The notes below the pieces were generated by a model. The model was not told the origin of the DNA. It saw nothing but the letters and a program-made list of their open reading frames with translations, and did no database searches. From Candidatus Babelota bacterium (lineage in GTDB: Bacteria; Babelota; Babeliae; Babelales; GCA-2401785): DNA of 33,190 nucleotides. The stretch spans positions 1 to 33,190 of the forward strand of contig JBHPCE010000003.1 of NCBI GenBank assembly GCA_042576345.1, written 5' to 3'. Both the position numbers and the translations under genes were made by a program. Positions 7,739 through 17,039 of this stretch are shown one piece after another (within the stretch, counting starts at the first letter, position 1; each line of letters opens with the position of its first letter).

Positions 7739-9421
7739 CTACTGGACCATGAAAAAATTGTTTTCAAAGTCCCAGGTCACAAAAGCCATCTCAGGACTGT
7801 ACCATTTTTCAGAAATCGTTATCAAAACATCAAAAGCACGGCCATTTTTACTCTTTAAAACCTCCAGAGTTCCCATGGTAAACGAAAACTTCCTCCCAAA
7901 CGGGTCGTGCGTACAAATCCATATTTTTTCCGGAGTATCTATTGAAATTCGTACTTTCTTACCATCAATACTGATATCAATTTTAGCGTCACTAGGCACT
8001 TTAAGCTCTTCTAGCGCTGTATGTATCTCTTTGCAGCAAACGTTCATCTGTGGATCGTGGTACACAGGATCCGCGTCATCCTTACGATAGATCCAAACAG
8101 CTTGTGCAGCCCCGGGACATGGAATCAACTCCTTTGGCACACCCACAAAGCAAATTGGTCTTCCCAAAAGCCTCTTATCTTCGGCCAAAGCTTTGAAAAC
8201 GTTATCAACAGAAACAAAGTACCTTTCTCTCGCCTTCGTACTTTCCATACAAAATATAAATCCGGCAACCAAGATCGTAATCCAATATCCACAAAAAATC
8301 ATTCGATTTTCGTACCACTTAAATCGACGTACAGAAGCCATACCAAGGCCAACGGCAGCTACCAAAAAAGGAATCCCTAGGTATAAATACCTTGCTTGAT
8401 GTGTAATTAAAATTGCTGGCCAAGAAAAAAATAAAAATCCAGAACCAATAAAAATCATATCCCTTTTACGATTTGATTTTACAAAAACATAAAGAATCCA
8501 GCTCAAAACTGCCAACACCAAAAGGCTTTTTGAAAATCTGTTTCCACCTGGAACAAAGGACAAACCCAAAGCGTCCACAACGAGAGTGACAAGGTCAAAA
8601 AACCGAAAACTCAACCTGTGCAAAAAATCCAAAGGCCTTAAAAGCATGTAATCAGAATTTGACGCGAGCGGGTACACCAAAAGTCTGAAAAACAAATTGA
8701 TTGCCACCACACCAAAGTAAGGCATTGAAACAAACAAAGATTTAACGACATTTTTCTTGATCGGCCAAATATCGCTGTCAAAATAAAATGGTAGCATACA
8801 AAAAAGCCACACCGGAAAAACGATTGTCGCTTCATGAACAAAAAGCACAATCGCAAAACACAAAATCGAAAAAATATACCAAAAAACACGTTTCTCATTA
8901 AAAAAACGTCTCAAAAACAAAATTGAAAGCCCAAGACCAAGAAAAGCCACGCTGTAGGTCTGCATAACAAATCTGCCTATAAACATCCCCATCATCGGAT
9001 AAACAACAAAAACCATAGACCCAAAAAAAGCGAACAAAAGAGGCATTATGAGAGATAAAATATAAAACAGCAAGGCCCCACAAGCCGAATGAAGCGCCAT
9101 AGAAACCAGAAAGTACGCATGAGGATTATTAGGACCAAAAAAATAAACTTCTGCTGCATACATCACCAACGCAAGCGGCCTGTACATAACTCCAAAAAAC
9201 GTCCACTCTGTGTCATCACGCATGTTTGAAGGTAAAATTGAGCGATCGTTAGGATTCGTTGTGAAAAAATCGGCAATATCCGAAACCGACTTTATGCTAC
9301 CGGCATGAACCGCACCGTAATCGTCGTCAAAAAAACGCCAATCTTTGTACGGAACTGTCCAGTAAAGGAATGAAATGCAAAAAACAAGACTCGCAATAAA
9401 AAACCGTTTGAGCATAACCAA
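7739..9421 (-). CDS. Polytopic GT-C-fold glycosyltransferase (ArnT/PMT/TMTC/GtrII-like)
   Basis: About 10-12 TM segments, an acidic DDD motif after TM1 (FFDDDYG), a YRPL motif, RYLY near the last TMs and a soluble C-terminal domain. Confidence 0.75.
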   Translation of the reverse strand: MVMLKRFFIASLVFCISFLYWTVPYKDWRFFDDDYGAVHAGSIKSVSDIADFFTTNPNDRSILPSNMRDDTEWTFFGVMYRPLALVMYAAEVYFFGPNNPHAYFLVSMALHSACGALLFYILSLIMPLLFAFFGSMVFVVYPMMGMFIGRFVMQTYSVAFLGLGLSILFLRRFFNEKRVFWYIFSILCFAIVLFVHEATIVFPVWLFCMLPFYFDSDIWPIKKNVVKSLFVSMPYFGVVAINLFFRLLVYPLASNSDYMLLRPLDFLHRLSFRFFDLVTLVVDALGLSFVPGGNRFSKSLLVLAVLSWILYVFVKSNRKRDMIFIGSGFLFFSWPAILITHQARYLYLGIPFLVAAVGLGMASVRRFKWYENRMIFCGYWITILVAGFIFCMESTKARERYFVSVDNVFKALAEDKRLLGRPICFVGVPKELIPCPGAAQAVWIYRKDDADPVYHDPQMNVCCKEIHTALEELKVPSDAKIDISIDGKKVRISIDTPEKIWICTHDPFGRKFSFTMGTLEVLKSKNGRAFDVLITISEKWYSPEMAFVTWDFENNFFMVQ

Positions 9422-9485
9422 CCCTCTTCCACATAAAAAAAGATGTTATACCCAGTAAAAGCCAAATATCTCCATTACACAACCG

Positions 9486-12400
9486 CTATTTTTTCTTTTC
9501 CTCTTTCTTCTCTTCCACTGGGTTAACATTGGTAAGTGTGTAAAGTATTAAATTGATGCCTTCGCGATCAAGGCGTCCCCCAGGTTGCTCTTTAGATTTA
9601 TTTTTTGAGTTCATGACGACCACGGAGTAGCTGTCATTATTTTTCGTAAAGCTAGCCGTGTACCAGTGACCTCCTTCGAAGATGATGGCGACAACAGGTG
9701 TTCCTGCATGGAATGATTTTAAGATTTGGGCGTATTGGGTGATGACTCCAAAATTGGTTATCATTTGGGCGGATGGTGTGGGTTTAGCCAGGATGAATGA
9801 AAGACCTGTGCTTTGATTTACGTTTCCAATTTCAACAAAAAATAATCTTTCATTTTCTTTAAGTTCAAAGTGAATCATTTGTTTCTGTAAGGCTTCCTTG
9901 TTAGCCATCCAAATTGGTTTCACTTCAAACCCTTTAAGTTCCGCCCATGAGGATTGTCCTTTATGTTCATTCAAAAGCAGCCGTGCCTGATAAAGTGCGT
10001 GAGTTCCGCATGTTTCCATGTTATCGCCCTGGTATGGTACAGGGAGTTGAGTGGCGGTGTATTTAGGAGTTTGAAGTTGTTTTTGATTTGCGCCTGTACC
10101 AAGCGCCATTGTTGAAACTTCAATTGATTTGAGACCGAGATTAAGAGCTGTGGGCATAATTTGTCGTTGTGGCCAGTGTACCATGTTGTGATCCAGGAAG
10201 AGCATCACGGCATAGCCATCTGTGCGAAAATCTAAATCTTGGTACTGACTTCCATCCCAGTGATAAAGCTTTGTGCCGTTCGTTGACATTTTGACAGAGG
10301 TTGCAGGGTGGTTGCCTCTTGGCTTGAGCATTGGAACTTGGAAGTAATAGTGGCCATGAAGTTGTGCAAAATCTTTGAAATTGAAGTGTGGTAGGGAGTT
10401 CACACTGAGAGTTTCTCTAAGACTCCCTCGGTCTTGTGCATTTCCAAAAAGTTGTGCTAGGTGTTGATCGTTATAATCTTGAAAGTTTTTCTTTTGTCCT
10501 GAATTGTCTGTGAACCATTTTTTCAAATTCTCTGTTTGAACTGCAGAGATCGATTTTTCTATAACTTGGAGGTTGTCTGGTGTGGCTTTTGCGGAAAGGT
10601 TTTTCTTCTGACTATGGCTATAGACACTTTTCGCATTGTCATCTCCTGTTCTCCGAATTTCCAGAATTCCATCCTGTCTAAGGTTCACATGGACACCACC
10701 AGCGTCAAAAGACCATTTTCCTGGTTGTTTTTTTGCAGAAAAGTCGTTGAATGTTGGGGCAAACGAGAGGTTGTTTGTTGTTGATACTATTTTCAGTGCG
10801 TTTTCAAGAAGTTGTTGTTCTTGTGCTTGAGGTTGAGGCTGCTGAGGTTGTGGTTGGGGCTGCTGAGGTTGTTGCTGTTGCTGTTGTTCTTGTGGCTGTT
10901 GTTGCTGTTGCGGAGCGGGTGGTTTCTTTCCTTTAACTCCAACGGTTTTTCTTTTCAGTATTGCGAGGGTTTCTGGTGATAGTTTGCCGAGGATGGTTAA
11001 ATTTTCTTCCCATTGCTGTGATTTGTGTATTTCTCCACTGGCCAGGTAAACAACTACTTGATCCTCATCATCATAAAAATGAACTGTTTTACTTTCTCCG
11101 TTGAATCTCCAGTCTCCTGGTTTGCTCATTTGTTCCAGCACCTTATTTGCCCAGCTTTTGTGCCTTTCGATGAATTTTTCTACAATCGTTAGCTCAAATT
11201 TTTTCAGATCTATAATATTTATATCCAAAATTGGGTCTTGGCTTAGGTCCTTGCCAGCAAAAACGACCTCTGCCCTTGTATTATTAGGATTGGTGAGTCT
11301 GTATATTTGTAGTGAATAATCTTCTTCAAGGTTGACATATATTTTCTGTCTATCATACCACCAGGTATTCCTTGTTGTGTTATTTTTTTTCGGCTGTGAA
11401 CTGATTACAATTCGTAATGCATTTGATAATAGATGTTTATCACGTTTTTCCTGAGTCAAATATTGAACTTTCCCTTGTATTGCTTTTTTGAAAGATTTGC
11501 TAAGATTTAATGAGTATTCTGTGTCGAGTATTTTATTGTCTATTGATGACACATTTGTTACGTTTTTATATGTGTGGTAAATTTTACTACAATCGTTAAT
11601 TTTTATTACAAATACTGTTGGCATCTTACTTAATTTAGGAATTTTAATCATGAAGTAAGAGGAGTCGGATGCAGTATGCCAGTCTTTAAGAGGTTCCTCT
11701 GGTTTGAGATTGTGGGTGTGTGGATGAGCAATTGAAATTGTGTATAAAGTCCTTCTTATTAAATCAGTGAACTCTTGTCGTATAAAATTTGCGAATGCTT
11801 GTTGCATCGCTTTCAATTCTTGTGAAGGATTTTTTTGTTCCATGTTGAGTTCTTGCCAATTTCCACTGGTGGAAGTACTGTATTGAAATATTGGAAACAT
11901 CGAATACCTCATGATTGTACTTAGAGGAATTCTCATTTTATCTTTTACAATGTGAAGGTACATATCAGTAAAATACAGGCTATTTACTAATGACAATCCC
12001 TGAAAATGTGAATACTTACTTGCTTCAAGTGTTTTAGTGGCATCTTTTAAAATTTGTTTGAGTTTCTCCGTTTGCTCTGCATGTGGTTTTTGCTTCTTAT
12101 AAGGGGTGATTTGAAATTCTGTTTTTATGCCAGTTTCTGGCGCCCATTCTTCTTCTTCTTCTTTCTTTTTTTCTTCTTTTTTAGGCTTCTTTTCTTTTTC
12201 TTCTTTAAAATGCAGAAATTTTCCTCTAATAAAAAAGTATCCAGATTCCCACCAGTTTTTATGTAGCGTAATGCCGGTATCACTGAACTCTGGCCATGAG
12301 CCTTGTGATTTTGTTGAAACAAAAACTTTTCCATCATTCACACTGATTTTGTAGTGATAATCTTCTGACTTGTGGGCTACGATGATGTGGCCGCTTGTTA

Positions 12401-14747
12401 CATATCTACCTGTAATCATCACCTGGCCTTTTTGAAGTTCTTTATGATCTGAAACTGTGACTAGCTTATCGGTTTTGGTGCTTGCGAGTTGGATGAGGCA
12501 GTGTCGTAGACGAGGGGCGTGATTATCACCGTGTGGAGTCAGTTTTTCAAGTAATCCTTTGAATGTGGTATCATCAAGTGCTTTTTTTGTATCGATCCAT
12601 TTGTAATCACTACCAGGAGGTGTTTTTGCGTACACCATTATAGCTTTTGTTGCTAAATTTGCGTAAAACATTTCATAATTTTCTACTTCCACTACTACGG
12701 ATGATCGTTCCTCTTTCTTTAAATAGGAAGTTCTCCATTGCGGAAATTGGTCTTTAATGCTTCCATCTTGCTGGTACGTGATGCTTTCGAATGAACTAAC
12801 TGCTTCAGCAAAATATTTTTCTTCCTGAGTTGGTGGTCTTTTGGGTTGAGGCGGAGATTTGGGTTGAGACCCGGGCGAAGGTTGTGGCTGTGGTTGTGTG
12901 CCAAATTTTGCAGTTCCGCATATTTGGCACGTATTATTACCTGAAGGATTTATGAAGGTACATGCTGAACAAGCCCAACGGAATGCGGCTGCCGAGCCAG
13001 ATATTGTTTTTTCTATACCCCCGAGAGTTTCATCAGCGACCGTGATTTGAAGTTCTCGAGAACTTGAGCCTTTAATGTGAAAAACTTTTCCTCGTCGGGC
13101 TGAGCTTGATCTATGGATTGCAATAATGCTACTGTCTTCAAGTTTTACATGAACTCCATATTTATCGTACGACCATGTGCCTGGCGCAGCTTTTTGTCCG
13201 AAAGCTCCAAAAGTATGATATTCTACAAGTTTATTTCGATCATTAAATATTGCTGATGATTTTCCAATGAGTTCTTGATCTGTTTCTTCTTTCGATTTTG
13301 GCACTAGTGGAGATTTAGGTTTAGGTTTGGCTCGTTCCACAGCTCTTATGTTGGTTTCGATTGTTTTAAGTTGTTCTTTAGTGGCTAGTGTGGTTAAGGT
13401 GACCGGTTGTGAGTATTCTTGTTGGCCTAAACTTTTATGTTTTGCAACCAATCCGGCATTTTTGTTGTCAGAAAAGTTTCTTTCAATCGACACAACAGTT
13501 GTATCGCTAACTTTTGCGAGAAATTGTGTGGCGTTGTAGCTCCAGTTCGAAATTTTTTCTTGAAACAAATCTTGTGCGCTTTTATATCCCTGAATTAAAT
13601 TATTTTGATTTGAAGAATGTTGAACTGCTTGTGTAATGAGGTCTTTTTCATATTTTTCAATTGCGGTTTTGATGCTTGAAGATTGTTGGTCTGTTGCCTT
13701 TATATTTTGTCGATTTATAAAGAAAACAATTGATTTGCTATAGCTTCCTAACGGTGCTAGAGACATGGAAACCATATTGCCGGATGTAAGTTTTGCATGT
13801 ACGAAGTTGCCAGCATATGTCCATTGAGAGTTTTGAAGTTGGTCTTTTGTTGCCCACTCTTGCATATTTTTGTTGTTTGAAATGATGCTAATTGCTTCTT
13901 GGATCATCAATTGTTGCGGTTGCTGAGGAACTGGAACAGCAGGCTCGTCAGGCACCACAGCTGGCTCGTCAGGAACCACAGCAGGCTCGTCAGATTCTGG
14001 GTGTTCTCGTTCTTTCTTTGTACTTTTTTCGCGCTTCAGTTTTGCTTCCTCTGGTGGTGGTTGGCCTGGGCCGGGTGGTGGTTTTTTTTGCACAGCGGTT
14101 AGAATTTGATCGATGTTGGGAATTTGTGTTGCGCCAGTGATGTAAGAAAGAAGTCTGCTCAGGGTTACAACAACTTCGGCTGGTGGAAGTGCAGAGAAAA
14201 ACGATGTGCCTTCAATTTTTTGGAATCTTGAAACCTGCCGTAATGTCATCTCTAAAAAAAGATTTTGTAGGGCAATGTAAAGTATTTCTTGTCCACCAAT
14301 CGTAGTACTGTGAAACACTGGTTTTTCTTCTTCGGTTGAACCACTCTGAAAAAATTTAGTTTTCCATTGCTTCACAAGATTTTGCTGTGTTTTATCTTCT
14401 GCGTGGGCTTTGATTTGCTCTGTTGCCAGTGCAATGGACATTTCTGCCATGATGCGCATCAAAATTTGTTTTCCGTGTTCTTCATTTAAGGTGTGCCACC
14501 TCCAATCTGGTTGGAAAATTCTTTTTTTGTAGTGTTCGACGGTGTTTTGTTCACCGACACGGACGAGAAAATCGTTGATTCCGATGTATGTGTGGCCATC
14601 TTCAACTTTGTGTGTGAGTGTGAAGTTGCTTTTGCGGACGCTGGCCTCAAGTTGTCCAGGGTCCACTACAGATGCGCCTTGCGCTGTAAAGAATTTTATG
14701 GTGAGTGACAAGGTTAGGATTATGATTTTTATAGTTTTATTTGCCAT
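9486..14747 (-). CDS. Giant secreted modular protein (putative effector): shared N-terminal domain, ~95-aa repeats, NZF zinc finger and a C-terminal Josephin-like cysteine protease
   Basis: Likely start ATG 14747 (MANKTIKIIILTLSLTIKFFTAQG, signal peptide); the ORF track starts at TTG 14798. Contains WACSACTFINPSGNNTCQICGT, C-terminal YQGDNMETCGTHAL...GGHWYTA...VVVMNS, and P/Q-rich linkers. Confidence 0.85.
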   Translation of the reverse strand: MANKTIKIIILTLSLTIKFFTAQGASVVDPGQLEASVRKSNFTLTHKVEDGHTYIGINDFLVRVGEQNTVEHYKKRIFQPDWRWHTLNEEHGKQILMRIMAEMSIALATEQIKAHAEDKTQQNLVKQWKTKFFQSGSTEEEKPVFHSTTIGGQEILYIALQNLFLEMTLRQVSRFQKIEGTSFFSALPPAEVVVTLSRLLSYITGATQIPNIDQILTAVQKKPPPGPGQPPPEEAKLKREKSTKKEREHPESDEPAVVPDEPAVVPDEPAVPVPQQPQQLMIQEAISIISNNKNMQEWATKDQLQNSQWTYAGNFVHAKLTSGNMVSMSLAPLGSYSKSIVFFINRQNIKATDQQSSSIKTAIEKYEKDLITQAVQHSSNQNNLIQGYKSAQDLFQEKISNWSYNATQFLAKVSDTTVVSIERNFSDNKNAGLVAKHKSLGQQEYSQPVTLTTLATKEQLKTIETNIRAVERAKPKPKSPLVPKSKEETDQELIGKSSAIFNDRNKLVEYHTFGAFGQKAAPGTWSYDKYGVHVKLEDSSIIAIHRSSSARRGKVFHIKGSSSRELQITVADETLGGIEKTISGSAAAFRWACSACTFINPSGNNTCQICGTAKFGTQPQPQPSPGSQPKSPPQPKRPPTQEEKYFAEAVSSFESITYQQDGSIKDQFPQWRTSYLKKEERSSVVVEVENYEMFYANLATKAIMVYAKTPPGSDYKWIDTKKALDDTTFKGLLEKLTPHGDNHAPRLRHCLIQLASTKTDKLVTVSDHKELQKGQVMITGRYVTSGHIIVAHKSEDYHYKISVNDGKVFVSTKSQGSWPEFSDTGITLHKNWWESGYFFIRGKFLHFKEEKEKKPKKEEKKKEEEEEWAPETGIKTEFQITPYKKQKPHAEQTEKLKQILKDATKTLEASKYSHFQGLSLVNSLYFTDMYLHIVKDKMRIPLSTIMRYSMFPIFQYSTSTSGNWQELNMEQKNPSQELKAMQQAFANFIRQEFTDLIRRTLYTISIAHPHTHNLKPEEPLKDWHTASDSSYFMIKIPKLSKMPTVFVIKINDCSKIYHTYKNVTNVSSIDNKILDTEYSLNLSKSFKKAIQGKVQYLTQEKRDKHLLSNALRIVISSQPKKNNTTRNTWWYDRQKIYVNLEEDYSLQIYRLTNPNNTRAEVVFAGKDLSQDPILDINIIDLKKFELTIVEKFIERHKSWANKVLEQMSKPGDWRFNGESKTVHFYDDEDQVVVYLASGEIHKSQQWEENLTILGKLSPETLAILKRKTVGVKGKKPPAPQQQQQPQEQQQQQQPQQPQPQPQQPQPQAQEQQLLENALKIVSTTNNLSFAPTFNDFSAKKQPGKWSFDAGGVHVNLRQDGILEIRRTGDDNAKSVYSHSQKKNLSAKATPDNLQVIEKSISAVQTENLKKWFTDNSGQKKNFQDYNDQHLAQLFGNAQDRGSLRETLSVNSLPHFNFKDFAQLHGHYYFQVPMLKPRGNHPATSVKMSTNGTKLYHWDGSQYQDLDFRTDGYAVMLFLDHNMVHWPQRQIMPTALNLGLKSIEVSTMALGTGANQKQLQTPKYTATQLPVPYQGDNMETCGTHALYQARLLLNEHKGQSSWAELKGFEVKPIWMANKEALQKQMIHFELKENERLFFVEIGNVNQSTGLSFILAKPTPSAQMITNFGVITQYAQILKSFHAGTPVVAIIFEGGHWYTASFTKNNDSYSVVVMNSKNKSKEQPGGRLDREGINLILYTLTNVNPVEEKKEEKKK
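9520..10050 (-). other. Josephin-like papain-fold protease domain (putative deubiquitinase)
   Basis: Q-x6-C-x2-H-x-L (Cys codon 10008-10010), HW (His codon 9666-9668) and NS (Asn codon 9609-9611) occur in the same order as Josephin Q..C.xHxL / HW / NS. Confidence 0.6.
10805..10920 (-). repeat. Low-complexity poly-Q/P linker (CAA/CAG/CCT-rich)
   Basis: Encodes PAPQQQQQPQEQQQQQQPQQPQPQPQQPQPQAQEQQ. Confidence 0.85.
12912..12977 (-). other. RanBP2/NZF-type C4 zinc finger with the TF/hydrophobic ubiquitin-binding signature
   Basis: Exact match to W-x-C-x2-C-T-F-x-N-x6-C-x-I-C. Confidence 0.85.
13931..13995 (-). repeat. 21-bp tandem repeat x~3 encoding (DEPAVVP)n
   Basis: SDEPAVVPDEPAVVPDEPAVPVP; ggctcgtcag recurs every 21 nt. 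Confidence 0.9.
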
Positions 14748-14845
14748 CGCTTTCTCATGGTTTTTTAGGGGGATTACAGTTAAATTAAAATATCTCAAAT
14801 TTTAAAATCAATACTCTATTGTTTGTTAAAAATATTGAAATTACT

Positions 14846-15820
14846 CTAAAACCTTGTTGTTATAAATTCTCTCTCACCACCTTCTCTGTACAAGTGAAAA
14901 TTCTCGGAAAACCATTCGAACGCCGAAGCAAGACCTTCACCAAGCGAATATTTTGGTTCCCATTCCAGATATTTTCTGGCCTTTGAAATGTCTGCGCAAC
15001 AAGAACTGTTGTTCAAATTGTTGTCCCCTGCACACGAACTCCAGTGGGCATTAATACTTTTGCCCAAAATCTTTTCAACTTCACCAACAAAATCTATCAC
15101 CCGAGTAGAAATCCCTGTTCCACAGTTGAAAATGTTTTGTCCCTGCGGTTTACGCCTTGCAACACTGATAAACATGTCTACAACATCGTTTATGTATACA
15201 AAGTCTCTTGTTGCCTGAGGAGACAAAAGAAGCACAGGAACATGCCGAAAAACACTGGCAAAAACCGCTCCCAAAAGTTTGGAACGAGACTCATAATCTC
15301 CAAAAACGCAAAATGGACGTACCACATAAATTGGTAGCCCTGTAACCTGAGCCTCTCTGATACAGTACGCCGTAGATGCAACTTTTGAAACACCGTAATG
15401 GGTCAAAGGGCTTGTTGTCTCTTCTTCTCTGATGTAACCCGACCTAAATCCATATTCTTCACAGGTACCTGCTGTTACAAAACTTTCGAACCCAACCTTT
15501 TTGCAGGCCTCTAGAAGATTTACAATTCCGTGAAAGTTGTACTCATAAATCTTCTTGATATCCTTCTGGTAAAGTCTTTTACCATAACCTCCTGTGTTGA
15601 AAATCAAGTTAGGACTTATAGACTGCAAAACAGACTTTACAGTATCAGCCTCTAAAAGACTCACTCTGTGAATATCAACTTTGTAAAAATATTCATGTAG
15701 ACGCCAAATATCGTCGTCTGGCTCAATTAAAACGTGAACTTCGTCACCTTGCCCCACCAACCTACGAACTATGCTGGCACCGACAAAATTGCCACCGCCA
15801 ACAACAAGACATTTGCTCAT
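14846..15820 (-). CDS. NAD-dependent epimerase/dehydratase (extended SDR)
   Basis: VVGGGNFVG Rossmann motif, YGVSK catalytic motif, RDFVYINDV and FNCGTG. Confidence 0.92.
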   Translation of the reverse strand: MSKCLVVGGGNFVGASIVRRLVGQGDEVHVLIEPDDDIWRLHEYFYKVDIHRVSLLEADTVKSVLQSISPNLIFNTGGYGKRLYQKDIKKIYEYNFHGIVNLLEACKKVGFESFVTAGTCEEYGFRSGYIREEETTSPLTHYGVSKVASTAYCIREAQVTGLPIYVVRPFCVFGDYESRSKLLGAVFASVFRHVPVLLLSPQATRDFVYINDVVDMFISVARRKPQGQNIFNCGTGISTRVIDFVGEVEKILGKSINAHWSSCAGDNNLNNSSCCADISKARKYLEWEPKYSLGEGLASAFEWFSENFHLYREGGEREFITTRF

Positions 15821-16770
15821 GGACGGTTCCCCCTACTTCGCTTGCACAAGACTCTATCAACAACATACGGAGGTCGCGCTTTCACCTCTCTAAATATTCT
15901 AATTAAATATTCGGCTATAACACCAATCGCCAAAAGTTGGACTGTCCCCAAAAACAGCATCGCCATCAACAAAGTAAAAAAGCCTCTCGGCGCCTCTGTT
16001 GTAAAGGCAAAATATAAATAAAAAAATAAAGCAATAAAGGTAAGCGCCGCGGCAGCCATAGCAATGCCGGACACAAGTTCTAAAGGCTTGTAAGAAAAAT
16101 TTACAACGGCATCCTTTGCAACGCGCATATATCCTAAAAAGCTAAACCCAGTATCACCTTTTTCTCGCTCTGGACGATCATATTTAACTCCAGTCTGCTT
16201 AAAACCTGCCCAAGCCCTTAAGCCCCTTATAAAAACATCTTTTTCGGGAAGTGATGTTATAATGTCTACAACTCGCCGATCCATCAACCCAAAAGCCCCC
16301 GCATTAAGTGGAAAATCTATGAAAGAAAGTTGCCTCATGATTTTGTAAAAACATACATAACCAATTCTTCTTATCAATGTTTCTTTCCGTTTACCCCGAA
16401 TTCCATAAACAACTTTGTACCCCTCTTCCCACTTGTGTAGAAAATCTTCTATGAGCTCAGGCGGATCTTGAAGGTCGGCATCTACCAAGACAACCGCATC
16501 ACCGCAAGCCTCTTTCATCCCAGCAAACAAAATCGGTTCAGGACCATCAAAATTGCGGGACATCAGTATAACCTTGACTCGTGAATCTTTATCAACTAAT
16601 TTTTGGTAATTTTTTTCAGAGCCATCTGTACTACCATCATCAACAAAGAGCAGCTCAAGCTCATAAGGTAATTTTGTGAACACAGAAGCTATGCGGTTGT
16701 AAACTTCGGATAAGTTTTCTCGTTCGTTATAACATGGAACAACCACAGAAATTAGCTTCTTTTCTCTCAC
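15817..16770 (-). CDS. GT2 polyprenol-phosphate glycosyltransferase (GtrB/DPM1-like)
   Basis: SVVVPCYNE, VDDGSTD, SRNF, DADLQDPPE, two C-terminal TMs and RPPYVV. Confidence 0.93.
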   Translation of the reverse strand: MREKKLISVVVPCYNERENLSEVYNRIASVFTKLPYELELLFVDDGSTDGSEKNYQKLVDKDSRVKVILMSRNFDGPEPILFAGMKEACGDAVVLVDADLQDPPELIEDFLHKWEEGYKVVYGIRGKRKETLIRRIGYVCFYKIMRQLSFIDFPLNAGAFGLMDRRVVDIITSLPEKDVFIRGLRAWAGFKQTGVKYDRPEREKGDTGFSFLGYMRVAKDAVVNFSYKPLELVSGIAMAAAALTFIALFFYLYFAFTTEAPRGFFTLLMAMLFLGTVQLLAIGVIAEYLIRIFREVKARPPYVVDRVLCKRSRGNRP

Positions 16771-17039
16771 AACCTCTCTCCCAAAAGTCTATAGCGCAAA
16801 ACAATCGGCTTGAAATTGTAAAAACAAATTTTTGTGTTGAGGTGAAAAAAGAGTACAGAAAATTCTAAAAAATCTGTACGGTAACCAGACAGAAATGGAA
16901 ACATACACCCAAACATCGCATACGTTCCTCAAGCAAAATTAAAGACCAACACCGAAATGCTAAAAAGCACCACCGGATGTGATGTTATCATAAAGCACTT
17001 TTTAAGCAAGGCCAGGAAACTTACAAAAAATATCTGTCA

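Noticed and set aside
1713-14590. Inverted homologous segments as an invertible ~12-kb switch
   Set aside because: The copies are diverged paralogous coding domains, no recombinase is visible, and genes at 4356-9421 retain the same skew as those right of 14846.
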